A stretch of DNA of 61,246 bases, the filler included, from Sphacelaria rigidula (lineage: Eukaryota): NCBI GenBank assembly GCA_964200075.2. It is 7 parts of 7 records of this genome, joined end to end, with 100 filler letters (N's around TTAATTAATTAA, not from the genome) between each part and the next. Parts side by side here need not be neighbours in the genome. Positions count along the whole stretch, not along the records: positions 8,766 to 17,430 come from CAXNAA020010456.1; positions 17,531 to 26,194 come from CAXNAA020010457.1; 5 more parts are not named here. The stretch is one strand, 5' to 3'. Shown here piece after piece: positions 12,301-24,101 of this stretch; within the stretch, counting starts at the first letter, position 1; every line of letters begins with the position of its first letter. A program made the position numbers and the translations under genes. The notes under the pieces were generated by a model. The model did not search any database and was not told where the DNA came from. It was given only the letters and a program-made list of their open reading frames with translations.

Positions 12301-12894
12301 GAGGCAGAACGCATGAGATTCGTGATCGACCGACGATATCACCCGCTCCCCCACTCCGGCTTGTGTTGTCATGACTTTTTTGTTTCAGCTTTTTCTTTTT
12401 TGCACCCTTCCCCTCCTTTCTTTCCTTGTTTTCCTCCCCTTTTTTGTTCCCAGTTTCTTCGTTCACATTTGTTCTTGTTTTCGTTTCTTCTGCTTTGTTC
12501 TTTAGTTTTCCCTTTTCTGTAGACTCGTGCGTGGATCCCATTATCCTTTGGCCCTAGTCGCACCATCTTGTCTTGCTTGCCATGCCGTGACTTGTTTGGT
12601 ATGCCGACGTGTGTAGTTCCCCTATTTGACCTTTCTAGCGTCTTCTGGACCGCGTGCCATGTAGCCGACTTCGAGTCGTGCGTATACTTCTTTGTGCATG
12701 TTCTTTCCGCTGACGTCTCTAGAACCCCGCCCTGTATGGCGCCGTGTTTTCGTGTTCGTGGGCAAGGAGCCCCACATCGGGAAGTCACGGCACCAGGGCC
12801 CCCCATGTCGCCGAAGCCTCATTCGCAACAGGGGGGTCTCCAATGTGAGAGGGGGGTACCCTCTGATCGATGGATGGTGGTGATAATAGTAGTG

Positions 12895-13254
12895 TAGTAC
12901 TTTGTAAATACTACCGTACAAGTACACCGTACTTCGCAAACACAACAGTACGAGATATACCGTCATTTATAGATCGGTAGGGAGACAGCCTCGCATTACG
13001 CGGCGGTGTTATCGGTTTCGTCTGTGATTCTACCGTTCTGACTGTAGGATTCGAGGGCAGCGTATATGGTACATGCAGATGCATAAAACATGATACACAG
13101 ACTGAAGGGACAAGTCCCAGAAAATATTGCAGTAGCTGGTACACAGCGCAGCTGGTCAAGATGCATACTGACGGCTCGAACGGTTGTTAGTGCAACAGTA
13201 CAGTACAGCACCAATGTACACAGCAGGGTATAAAGTAGTATTTACAAAGCACTG
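12895..13254. mobile_element. MITE-like element with about 20-bp TIRs
   Basis: TAGTACTTTGTAAATACTAC ... GTAGTATTTACAAAGCACTG; no TSD recognised. Confidence 0.6.
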
Positions 13255-13609
13255 CACGAAAACTGCCTACCGTACAAGTAGAGGCTGTACTTTTGCAAAA
13301 ACCAGAAACGCTCTCGAATTTAAAAGACGTGGGCGTTCGCACTAAAAAAACTGACGCAACATGGGTCATGATGAAAAGGTGTGGGTGGATTCTTATTTAT
13401 TATCCAGTGATCACCGCGACTCAAGAGTCATTATCCAGCCGGAAAATTCGCTCCCCTGTGGCCACAACAAGAACAACCCACACATCAAAACTCGTCGGTT
13501 TTAGGCTGCTCACGTCGAGGCGAACCCTAGGTGATGGAAATGATCGTTTGATTCCGTATACTGGTGAAGAGACAGGAATAATGAGAATTTTGCCAATTGA
13601 TGCGGTAAT

Positions 13610-13794
13610 TTCCTCCCTCTCGACCGCTTGGGAGGGGGGGCTGGTGCCGTGACCTCCCGATGTGGGGCTCCTTGTCGTGGGTGTATTATTTATTTCTTCC
13701 TCATTGCTTCCTCGTATTCTGTCTTCTTGTGCCACGGCTTCGTGACTACGGGCTAGAAGGGCTTACGTGAAAAACTACAACAACAACAACAACA

Positions 13795-13826
<32 letters not shown>
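13610..13826 (+). mobile_element. Non-LTR element 3' end with (CAA)n(CGA)n tail
   Basis: Shares GGTGCCGTGACYTCCCGATGTGGGGCTCCTTG with the minus-strand repeat at about 12763-12794; ends in a microsatellite tail. Confidence 0.5.
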
Positions 13827-14804
13827 ATAGATCAGAGCATGACTCGCGCCATGTTTTTCATGGTTGTACATTTTTGTACTTTCGGGCAGGCTTTACTCCC
13901 GCACGAAATGAGCGCCAGATTTACGCGTTTTTGAATAAAAGAGAAGCTGAACGTTTTGCGGATCGTCAAAAACTCCATACCTGTGCCAAGATTTGGTCGA
14001 CGGCAGAACCGCACGATACTGCTGGAAAATACTTTCGCGCAGGCGGGTTTATCCTAGTGAGAAGGGTTCGGGTTTAACCAAGTTCGGCCACATCACCCCT
14101 TTTGGTGCTGGAGCCCTCAGATCGACCCTAGATGGACACCCCAGAAAATGCGCGAAAAACGGCGACTTCGCCCAAATTGAAAACGCCATATTACGGGGGT
14201 GAGGGTTTCAGAACTCCGGAATCTGGGGAAGGGGGTGTTATCGAGAGTAAGTAGGTCATATGAAAATACAGTGGAACCGATATAATCACAGGAACGCCAT
14301 ACCACTTTCTATTTGAATACGTCCTCTCCACGGCCCCGGCGCCAAAGGCGGAACGGAGAATAAAATCGTAACGTGCATCCAACATCACTTTTGGTCAGCT
14401 TCCCTTGCTGGCCGATGGTGTTGCAGCCGCGGGCTTGTCTGCGAGTGCTCGATGACAGCCCCTAGTGTAACTTCGACTGGGTGACAGGGCGATGAAAGAG
14501 AACTCATCGCGGTGTCTTGTCCTGTATTCTTCAAAGGTAACCCTCAGAAGACGCTGCATCCCACGAGACATCGCCCGTGTAACACACGGGCAAGCAATGG
14601 CTTCTAGCCAGCGCTTGTGGTGCCGACACCTGTCATCATTACCTTGCACCGCCGCATGCACCGCGGTACCAGTATCTCTTGTCGGCAGACCGCTGTACTA
14701 CAGTATACAAACTGTCATGTACATTCTATGCAGCAGACAGTACAGTACTGTACCATGTATATGTCACGTTCAAATCTGTTTTGTTCATTTGTCGCACTTT
14801 GAAC

Positions 14805-15073
14805 CCCTCCCCTTCCTCGGGACAAGTCAGTGGTTTCAAGCGACCCATCTCTTCCCTGTACATGCCTTGCAATTTGGTCTCGTGGATTGGGTTAGCACCT
14901 CTCCACCGCGTCAACTTTCGTCGAACAAACTCAGCCACTTACTTTTTGTTTACTCACGTATTCGCCCTTCCGACGGTGGAAATCAGATAATTGAAAAAAA
15001 CTCAACGCACCGGGGATAGAACCCGTTCTTTCCACACTGATGGCGACAGTCCGACCATTAGACCACGGGGGCG
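14805..15073 (-). mobile_element. tRNA-derived SINE
   Basis: Head CGCCCCCGTGGTCTAATGG (A box)...GGGTTCTATCCCC (B box); body homologous to 23393-23632 and 38410-38525. Confidence 0.8.
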
Positions 15074-17304
15074 CGGCGGCAAAACTGTTATAACACGAGC
15101 ATTTCTTTCGATGTGCGGAACTGAAGTCACCTAAATAACTCAGCGGGCGGAGCCCGCAACCCAAGGCATATATCTCACACAGAGATAAGAGTAACTCAAT
15201 GTGGATACTAAGATGCTCGATCATGGCCGAGCGTTCAAAATCGGCACCTGCCCAAAATTGAGGACATTTTCAAAATCAGGCCAAGGAGCAAAACATGGGA
15301 CATGCCTTGTTTCACTGTACTGCAGCACAAACACACTCATGCCCTCTCTCATGTGCTGTAGCTGCCACCGTACTGTGGTGTGTGAGAAATTGCAGAGACG
15401 ACTTCCGCTGGGATTGCCTGAGCTGCGATGTTGTGGTTGTGTTCGTCTCTGAATATAGTGTTGGTCGGCGTGCCGTTCTGTGTACACACTGTTGCAAACT
15501 TCATGGTGTGTTGACTGTTTCGTCGTTAGTAAAATGAACAGGGTGCTGCCCGCTGCTGCGGCACTCTGTTTAGCTGATGCTGTCGTTGTGTCACTGTGCT
15601 GTCTGTGGGTGTGTGTGTGATTGGCCGTGAGATTAGACTGCACGAATACTACGAGCGGGGCCAGCTTAAAAGCGGCCAAAAGTTGTCCACACTACAGCTT
15701 TCCCAGTTTCCCGAATGGACCCGATGTAAGCATTCACTGTGAAGTGCAGATCAACCTGGTAACACACGGCACCGCCGCTGAATGAACAGAAAAAATGTAC
15801 AACATAATACATGATCTTAACGACGGACGAAAAAATGAATATAATCTGGCGGGATTCGAACCCATCACCTCCATAATTGGAGGCTCTCATCACTTGAATT
15901 GTAAGGGTGCAGCAGCGTCACGCGAAACGTTGCACGCACGGCCCAATTCGACGACTCTTGAGCTGAGATCACACAAAGACCTTCTGCTCTCAGGGAAATG
16001 ATTCATCACGGAAGCAGCTGCAGATGATCGTTTTTTTCCTTCACTGATGACATTATCTTGTTTTTGCTGAAATTTCAAATCCCCGGAACTTCCTTTTTTT
16101 TTCTTTGCTGCTCTCGTCATATTCTGCATGTCGATCATGATAAGCTGCTGTCAAGATTTCAGCGTTCAACTCCTGATTTTACACTGTGTGTCGCCTGAGC
16201 GAGAAAACTACCCACTGTTGGCCGGCCCAGCTCGTGGGTGTTGGAATACTTTCCAAGTAGTTTCCATGTATAATGGAGCGATCTGATTGGTAGTTACCAC
16301 GTAAAACTGTCTCGCTGGTCTTTCAATCTACCGTTACGTACTGCTGCATACACATATCTTGCATGGTTGTCAGCCGAAATATTGTACCGAAACGAGGATG
16401 GGCGCTCATGAGGATTGAATATAGTAGTCCATGGTTGACAGTTTGGAATCGATGGAGTGAGGCGATAACTCCAACGCAACTCCAACCCCAGGCGGTGTAG
16501 AACCCTCGGGCAGGATGAATCCAGAGAGGATCGTGAGGAAAAGCGCGCGTTGACAGAGTTTCGAGCAAGTTGCGGGCTGGGATCCGAATTTCAGCGCCTC
16601 CGCTAAATCCTACTCGTGATTGATATATTGCAAACCAACTCTCCCCAACACCTTGCAGCAACAGCATCATACCAGTGTTGTTCCTTTCCGATATTGTGGA
16701 GGCATTGGCGTCGGAGAATTTGTACCTTTCAGTAGACGGAGTCATGTTTCGCAGTTTCGATTGTGTTGGGCTGAAGAGGGGAGGTCATCGCGGGAAGAGG
16801 GGTAGGCACTGTCAGCGTCAAGAGCTGGCCTCACGGTTGATGTGCGGAGGTGGAGAAAGGGGCATCACGCACGAGCACACATCGCAAGCGAATACTACCG
16901 AAAACAGGTCGCGTCCCGGTAGGACACGGCGAAGTTGTGCGGGGTTCTCGACATGCCGCCCCTACCCCGCGCGCACGGATCTCAAGTCATACTTTCATAC
17001 AGTATATATGTACAATACTGCTTACTCTCCGTGTACGTGGTATACCACCCTTCGCTCCGCCACATTTTACACAGCTGTCGGTGTCGCAGCTAAGTGTGCA
17101 ATTGCCCTAGGTAGCGCATGCAGGAGTGGAAGGCCGCCTCTGCCGCTACTATACCTGCCTGTATCTTGGGCAAAGCTATATGGCAACACAGCCGCTATGG
17201 CGCGCAAGACGGCTGTAACATTTCACACCGTGAAGATTTCCAGTCCGAAGTGTACTGCGCGCAGTACCCACTACGGTGTTTGCGAAGATCAAATTCAGGT
17301 CAGG

Positions 17305-17430
17305 ACTTGTGTGTTGTGTGTTGTCTCATTTATTCTGGGCGCCAGTCTCCCTTTTCGGGATATGTGGGCGCATCAGCCGGGGTCACACAGGAGGAAGGTC
17401 AACACAGGAGTTTTTTTTTCATTATTTGTT
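17305..17430 (+). repeat. Dispersed repeat (GGGGTCACACAGGAGG core); other copies at about 47095-47215 (+) and 60295-60340 (-)
   Basis: Direct sequence similarity among three contigs. Confidence 0.7.
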
Positions 17431-17596
17431 NNNNNNNNNNNNNNNNNNNNNNNNNNNNNNNNNNNNNNNNNNNNTTAATTAATTAANNNNNNNNNNNNNN
17501 NNNNNNNNNNNNNNNNNNNNNNNNNNNNNNTTTTCTTTTTTTTTTTTTTTTTTTTTTTTTTTTCTGCGCCGTGCTCCCCCCCCCCTCCCCCCCCCT

Positions 17597-17627
<31 letters not shown>

Positions 17628-18207
17628 GGAAGGGGGGCTATCGTAGAGAGTGTCTTGATTCGTACGGTACGAATCAATCCTTGTAAGGCTTCGTTTTCAG
17701 TGTTGAAACCCAGGTACGCGCAGTCCAGGCACGTGGAGTGGGCGCGAAAATTGAGTGTAGACCTTTCTGACCAGCGGTCAACTTTTTTCTTCTTCGCTAT
17801 TTTCGAGCAATCAGGCCTGAAAAATCGTGGAATTTGGTTATTCGGCGATGATTCATTCGTCCGACCCGTGAAAGGCTTCTACAAGATAAAAGCCTCACAA
17901 AAAGAAAAAAAAGAGTCCACCCCTACCGTAGCATTGCTCGGAAAATGTTTGACTATTACAGTAATAAAATAAATTAATAGAACAGTATTGTCATCACCTA
18001 TAACTTCCTGTCTCATGAGTAAGGGTACCTATGGGCAATGCGCTGTCTGGGTTCAACAGTGCTAGTGAGGATAGTATAGTCGGGTTCGTTAGAAAGATAA
18101 AACGAAGATGAAGCTACAGAAGGGAAAAAAAAAACCCAAGGTTCTACAATTTTACACTTAGATGGGTTAAAATATACCCTATTTTGGGAATATTTTTGAG
18201 AATGTTT

Positions 18208-19823
18208 CACACCTTGGACAAAACAATATGTCTCCAATATATATTGGTCGATCATATTGGAATTTTGCGATATATAACCGGTGTAATATATTGGTATCCT
18301 TAGACTGCACATGTATTGCGCGCTCAATATATATATTGATGTCGTGGGACTCCATAGATATTGTCCGTCCAATATATACTGGTACTATTGGGTTGAACAC
18401 ATATTGTCCCATCAATATATATATTGGGGCAGCGTAGGCGACAGCATATTGCACGACCAATATATATTAGGGTCGCATTGATGAACACATATTGACCGGT
18501 CAATATATGTTGGGTCTGCGTGGCTGACAATGTATTGGCCGGTCAATATATATTAGATGTTGTCAGTATCGTGTACGCTGTAGGAGAGATACAGACGCGA
18601 TGGATGCCGGAGCCCGTGCAGATTGGGAAAAGCTTTGAAGGGAGCCGCAGAAGTTCGCGTGCATTACTCCGGAAAGTTGTCGAATGCATTCGATATATAT
18701 ATATATATATATACTGGTTAGAAAATATGGCGACAGAAGAGGCGACCCGGTATATATGCCTCCTGATACCTATCTGGCCAACGGTGCGGGGCCGCCCATC
18801 CCCTTTCCAGCATGTAATATAAATATCTTGGCTAAACATCACCACGACAGAAAACGCGGGTCGACATGCGCCTTTTGGTACCCCTGTGGTCACCGGGGCT
18901 GTGTTGCTTATACCCTGGACAATACAATATGTTCCAATTTGATACCAATACTTTGTATTGGAGCCAGCGCAAATATTGTCCTTTCAATATATATTGTGTT
19001 GAGATGTCCTCGGAGATATTGGAGCAACAACATATATTGCTCGTGTCATGATCATGAAGTGATGTATGTCAATATATATATTGGACATGCCGTTGCTCCG
19101 AGAATAAAACATTCAATATATATTGTGCATGCCGGCCGTATATGTATTGAAGTGTCAATATATATTGAGTCGAGGCGATGTGTAGGATATTGTTACCATA
19201 ATACATATTGAACGCAAACCATGCGCACGCTGATCGGATAGCCATTGTGCAGCTAAAATATATTGAACACGCTTGCGGAGGAATACATTGAGCATTTTTG
19301 GCATGTAAAATACGTCTTCGAATGGCGCCCGCGAACAAAGAACTGCCCACCATACTATTTCCAATACACTTTCCAAAATATATGTTGAAAATCAATATAT
19401 TTTGCTACATCAACATGTATTGTGACCGTCGGTTCCCTCGTGTATTGTCCGCCCAATATATATTGGACGCATTGACGCACGACATATTGGGGCGGCAGTA
19501 TATATTGGCGCTTCGGGTGTCGAGTATATTGAATCGTCAATATATTTTGACCTCGGGTGGCCGCAAATATATTACTCGATAAATATATATTGGTGCCTTC
19601 TCGCACCAACATATTACTCGGCCAATATATATTGAGGTGGCGCGTGTCGTGATATGTTGTTCGGTCGATACATATTGCATGTCGCGAGCCTCGATATCTT
19701 GATGGCACAATATATATTGACCCCCTGTCGTGTCATATTGCTCGCCCAATATGTTTTGACCACCCGACGCGTCGATATATTGAGCGGGCAATATATATTA
19801 CGTATTGTCTTGTCCAGGGTGTG
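18208..19823. mobile_element. 1616-bp non-autonomous TIR DNA transposon (CAC...GTG termini, 8-bp TSD) carrying a periodic repeat-spacer array
   Basis: TIRs CACACCTTGGACAAAACAATATG (18208-18230) and reverse complement CACACCCTGGACAAGACAATACG (19801-19823), 20/23 identical; TSD GAATGTTT (18200-07) / GAATGTTC (19824-31); internal second left-end copy near 18911. Confidence 0.85.
18235..19800 (+). repeat. Array of about 21 or more units of ATATTG-N6-CAATATATATTG-N18/19, 42-43-bp period, variable spacers, in three blocks (18313-18555, 18973-19210, 19442-19800)
   Basis: 12-mer starts at e.g. 19454, 19496, 19538, 19581, 19623, 19666, 19708, 19747, 19789. Confidence 0.9.
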
Positions 19824-20260
19824 GAATGTTCTGAGGATTCTCGAACATTATCAAAAGCGTCCGGATTTAGTACCTTACCCGCCCACTACACCATTCTAGC
19901 GATGGACTCGCCCCCCAGCACACCTCCACCTCGCAAACGGGGCGCCGAGATATCGATGGTGACCGCTACGCAATGGCGACAATGGTTCTCGACACTTTTT
20001 TTCGTAGGAAAGGCGTGGAATACGGCCATGTTGGGACCGACTGAATATTTTCGGCAGTTCGGCCGCATCGTTCAAGCACCGGCCGAGAAAAAACAAACAA
20101 ACTATTTTTTACTCGGAAAACACCGAAGACTTCAACAAAAAAATCGAGAAACAGATCGGACACGGTTGAGGGCCCGTACAAATTTAGGTACCCTAACTTA
20201 TGAGACAAAGGAAGTATACCGGCATACGAAAGCCCTAGGGAATGAAGACCTACACAATAC

Positions 20261-20389
20261 CTTCCCGTCTTTCTCGTGTTTCCCTCCCCCTCCTCTTGTT
20301 GTGGTCGTTGTGGCTGCTTCGAACAGACGAAGATACGTCTGCACCATGGTTGAGGCGGTCTCCGCATCTTCACCCGCTTTCAGGTACAC
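20261..20389 (-). CDS. CEBPZ: CEBPZ/NOC1(MAK21)-like ribosome biogenesis protein, third visible internal exon
   Basis: AG|VYLKAGEDAETASTMVQTYLRLFEAA...DGK|GT, 129 nt, phase 0; fits the segment following FLNQ in NOC1/CEBPZ. Confidence 0.7.
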
Positions 20390-20730
20390 CTTCGACGTCG
20401 TGATCATTCGGTACAATAGCCGACGGGACGGGACGGGACGGGGGAGTGGGGAATAATTCGGTACCCATCGCTCTAGAATTATACCATACTCTGGACAACA
20501 GCTTACATTGCCAAAAAGTGTACCGGGCACAGTCAGTATGGAATATTTTGTCTGTAGTAATGGACGCAATAGTTGATACTATACGCAGTATATTGTTTGA
20601 CAACGTAATCTTCAGTCATTATGCATGGTGTAGAATTTACACACACACACACACACACTGCTTTCATTTTTTCTCGATTTTTTGTCACACTCCCGCGAGG
20701 CAAATATGCTGCGGTTGCAAAGGTATAAGC

Positions 20731-20951
20731 CAGGGGTTTACACGTAACACGTGCCACAACGTTACACGTTACTTCACGTTTTGGCCGAAACGTAACGTGA
20801 ACTTTTTGTTTTTTGTGCCGAACGAAACGTGAACGTGAGATTAAGTTTTCAAATGACACGTTAACGTAACGTTAACTTTTTCTGACGTGCCAAACGAAAC
20901 GAAACGTGTACGTGAACGTGTGACGTGTAACATATAACGTGTAGTCCCCTG
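20731..20951. mobile_element. 221-bp hAT-type MITE packed with ACGT motifs
   Basis: TIRs CAGGGGTTTACACGT / ACGTGTAGTCCCCTG; perfect 8-bp TSD GTATAAGC (20723-30, 20952-59). Confidence 0.92.
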
Positions 20952-22055
20952 GTATAAGCCCATCTCTCCTCCGAGATATGTAGGTGACCGTTTTCGCACA
21001 AGCGCGTACACCAATTACTTTGGCGAAACAAATCTGACTCTGTACGCAAATTGGGGGCGCTCAGATCAGCATTTGCCTATTATGGACCTCAACATGGCCC
21101 AGATCGGGATCCTTCCTCCATTTTCGCAAGAAATTCCTCAATCTGTGCGCTACAAGTTTGAGGCGCCCTCATTCTGTACGCGTCAGATTGGGGTAGAGTT
21201 GAGGTCTCTCAAATCTGTAGGGAGGCGACGGATGCACCGTGACGTACGGTGATGAAGGCGAGAGGTGTTTCATCTTTTCACAGATTAGACTAATCATGAT
21301 CCGTCTGAAAATCATTTCCTCTCAGTGTACTGATCCACATCATGATTTATTGTACATCATTCGACCCCCCCTTCTCCATCTTTGCTGCCTGCACAGCGCC
21401 GCACGCCGAGCACGCCAAGTACCGCAAAGGTTGCTCTTTGGCTTCTCTCACTCCGCGGTCAAAATATTTCATGTTTTTGGACCAACGGATCCGACCGAGA
21501 GTCTTCTTTGATTCGTTATTTCAGACGGATCATGATCTTTCCGACGTACGATCTTTTTGAAACCGCAGAAGGAGGCAGTCACGTGACATCACAGACCGTG
21601 ACAACCCATACCAGCTGTTGGAGCAGCTTCGCAGTACAGGTAGCGAGCACCACGGGGTTTGACAAGCGGATGAGAAGTGTTGACGCCGTACCCTGCAGCG
21701 ATGGGGAACATACTCCACTGCTCTGCTGTGTGTGTGTGTCACCGTAACGCACGGTGCTATACTATCCAACTTTCTGTGGTCGTTGTTACTTGTACGGTGT
21801 GATGTACGGCAATGCACTCCTATTTCACTGTTCTCGCAATGCTGACTGTACCGTCATGTATTACGTCCCCGACGAGACTTTTGCAACGATACGTAGACGT
21901 AGGACATATTTTGGATTGACTTGTTGATTTTTCCTCCGTGATATGACAAGTTTCACGTGCCATCCCACCCGGTAAGACAGGTGAACAAGCGCCTACAGTA
22001 AAAAAAGTGTATATTTTTTTGTTGCATGTCCATCCCTCCTCCCCCCCCCTCTCCG

Positions 22056-22146
22056 AATTAGAAGTAGGAACGGTGCTCCGTCTCGAAAGGGATGCGTGGT
22101 CAGTGGCCAAACGACTAAAGTAAGCAACAAATGAATACGCCCCCCT
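22056..22146 (+). mobile_element. Short 3' end of the C-tailed LINE family
   Basis: GGTGCTCCGTCTCGAAAGGGATGCGTGGTC...AAATGAATACG followed by a C run; C-rich on both sides. Confidence 0.85.
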
Positions 22147-22469
22147 CCCCTCCTTCGAGCGTTGATGTCGGTTGGAAACGACGCTGAAAGACAAGCCACT
22201 CACTGCGTAAGCTAGGTGACCACATTACCGTTCTTCTCCTAGATTTGCGTTTTTTGTTGCGGTAACGATGATGGTCGACTTTTTGTAGCTCAAATAATAC
22301 GGGGTGGGACAACCTCAATTCCGCGCAAACGGGGATAATCATACCACGCGGCGTTTGAATGGTGAGACACACATGACGTAGCAGAGTGACCCGTGGCTGT
22401 CCCTGGAAGCGGCAATACCAGAAAATCAAGCACCTCATTGAAGGGTGTCATTCACATGCAACGGACTTA

Positions 22470-22622
22470 AGACGCTTCGGGCCGAAAACCTTGGCAGGAT
22501 GCAGATCACCACTTCATGCGACTCGCCGAACATATCACGGCGCTTCCCGCTCGGTGATCGACTGCGAGCCTGGTCCGGCGAAACACCTGGCGTGCTTCGT
22601 CCCGGCTTTGTAGGGATGCGAT
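22470..22622 (+). repeat. Dispersed repeat (CATGCGACTCGCCG...GTCCCGGCTTTGTAGGG); copies at 51426-51585, 52426-52470, 51043-51090 and about 50660-50735 (-)
   Basis: Direct sequence similarity among copies. Confidence 0.75.
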
Positions 22623-22721
22623 GTCAATGGCCTTACGAATAACTATGGCATGCATGATCATGAGTACACCCTCCCCCGATGAAAACACATCTGCATCGTC
22701 TAATGGACGCGGCGAAAAAAT

Positions 22722-23133
22722 GAGACTGCGATTTCGGGTGAGGGACTTAGACCTGCCAGAAAGAAGAAAGAGATTCACCAGTGGTCGAGAGTAGGGGGAA
22801 GCAGATGCACAGAGTCGCCCCTGTGGCAAAAGCAATAGAGAGCAGAAGTCATTTAGTGGCAGAATGTGAACTATACGAGGAGGAACGGGACGTGCTAGAG
22901 GGTGGCATGCGGGACGTGAACGAAGGCGGCATGAAATCGTTTGATGCATTAGACAGTAGGGAGAAAACGGTAGAATACTACGAGATAGATGGTGGGCACA
23001 GACGGCGAAACAGGACGGGGATGAGATATGTAATTAGGAGTAGGAACGGTGCTCCGTCTCGAAAGGGATGCGTGGTCAATGGTCAAACGAGGAAGGCAAG
23101 CAGCAAATGAGTACCCCCCCCTCCCGCCCCCCC
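22722..23133 (+). mobile_element. 5'-truncated C-tailed LINE copy, antisense within a CEBPZ-like intron
   Basis: Matches the 3' end of the LINE at 55300-59449; ends ATGAGTA-C run. Confidence 0.85.
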
Positions 23134-23148
23134 GGGATAGATGCACAC

Positions 23149-23286
23149 CTGGTTGAGGAATATGACCCCGGCGTAAACCGCCTTGGGCTGCAGACCGGGC
23201 CTGTGAAGGTACTGCTGTACCTCCCGGACCACAACGCCCTTCATAGCGGGGTGCTTGGACAAGAGGGTCTGGAGGAGATGAATCAC
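23149..23286 (-). CDS. CEBPZ: CEBPZ/NOC1(MAK21)-like protein, second visible internal exon
   Basis: CAG|VIHLLQTLLSKHPAMKGVVVREVQQYLHRPGLQPKAVYAGVIFLNQ|GT, 138 nt; matches the conserved LL.KHP.MK.VV..EV....R.......Y....FLNQ block. Confidence 0.9.
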
Positions 23287-23392
23287 CTGATGAAGTATGT
23301 GTTGAGGTGAGGTGGAGTGAAGGAGTGGGGGGGGCAGGGGGAATTATTTGATTTGTTGATCGATGGATGGAACTAATTGATTAGTTAGTGGA

Positions 23393-23632
23393 CGCCCCGG
23401 TGGTGTAATGGTCCGAATTTCGCCATTAGGGTGGAAAGATCGGGATTCGATTCCCGATGCTTTGGGTTTTCTCTTCGTGATGTATACTTTCCACCATGGA
23501 AAGCGTGAGAACGTGAGTAAACAAAATAGTTGACTGGATTTGTGTGACGTGAGTTGACGCGGTGCGGGAGTACTGACCCAATCCGCGAGACCAAAATGTA
23601 AGGCACGTACCGGGGGAGAGATGGGTTGAAAG
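23393..23632 (+). mobile_element. tRNA-derived SINE (intronic)
   Basis: A box TGGTGTAATGG, B box GATTCGATTCC; body shared with 14805-15073. Confidence 0.8.
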
Positions 23633-23858
23633 TGTGAGGGAATAAAAAAAATGAAGTTTTCCATCCTCGTAATATGACTTTTTCTTTTTTGAAAGAAACT
23701 TTTCCGGGAATGCTATCACTTGATTGGAGTGTTAGCACCAATATTTGAATCTTTAGGTGGGTTTTCTTGGAGAAGGTGTTTCAAACCCTGTGTCTGCTGT
23801 TCTTCGGGAGGGGAGGGGGGCGGCGGCGTGACGGGCGATGGGCGAACAACTCTCTTAC

Positions 23859-23951
23859 CTTGGAGCTGATCTTCCGATCTGGATCGCCCAGTTTGTTCAC
23901 CAGAAGACCCAGCAGACGGCCTTCTCCCTCCGGCTTTGCCTCTAGCAGGTC
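23859..23951 (-). CDS. CEBPZ: CEBPZ/NOC1(MAK21)-like protein, first visible internal exon
   Basis: AG|DLLEAKPEGEGRLLGLLVNKLGDPDRKISSK|GTAAG, 93 nt; contains the conserved KPE.E..LL...VNKLGDP motif and joins in phase with the next exon. Confidence 0.92.
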
Positions 23952-24101
23952 CTTTGTCGAAAGTTACGGGGCAAAGACGGGACGCATGAACAAGGGCAGG
24001 AACAAAATTTGACGTAACATTGATATATCGGTTGACAGTTTTGATTATTCAGCTTTCACTGAGCGAATCCGCTGCGAAATCGAGCTGCGGTGAAAAGATA
24101 T

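Noticed and set aside
16270-16760. Possible gene in minus-strand ORFs 16294-16745
   Set aside because: No recognisable motif or splice pattern; cannot be supported without a search
18235-19800. Calling the periodic array a bona fide CRISPR
   Set aside because: Eukaryotic context, no cas genes, repeat split by a variable 6-mer, spacers only 18-19 nt, and enclosed by transposon TIRs and TSD
19298-19899. ORFs with QYIL/IYI repeats as a 14-aa repeat protein
   Set aside because: Similar peptides arise on both strands from the palindromic motif; 43- and 44-bp units break the frame
23393-23460. tRNA genes (also about 15010-15073, 15845-15890, 39575-39600, 46670-46700, 52584-52663)
   Set aside because: A/B boxes present but no cloverleaf or acceptor stem; the longer ones continue into a shared SINE body
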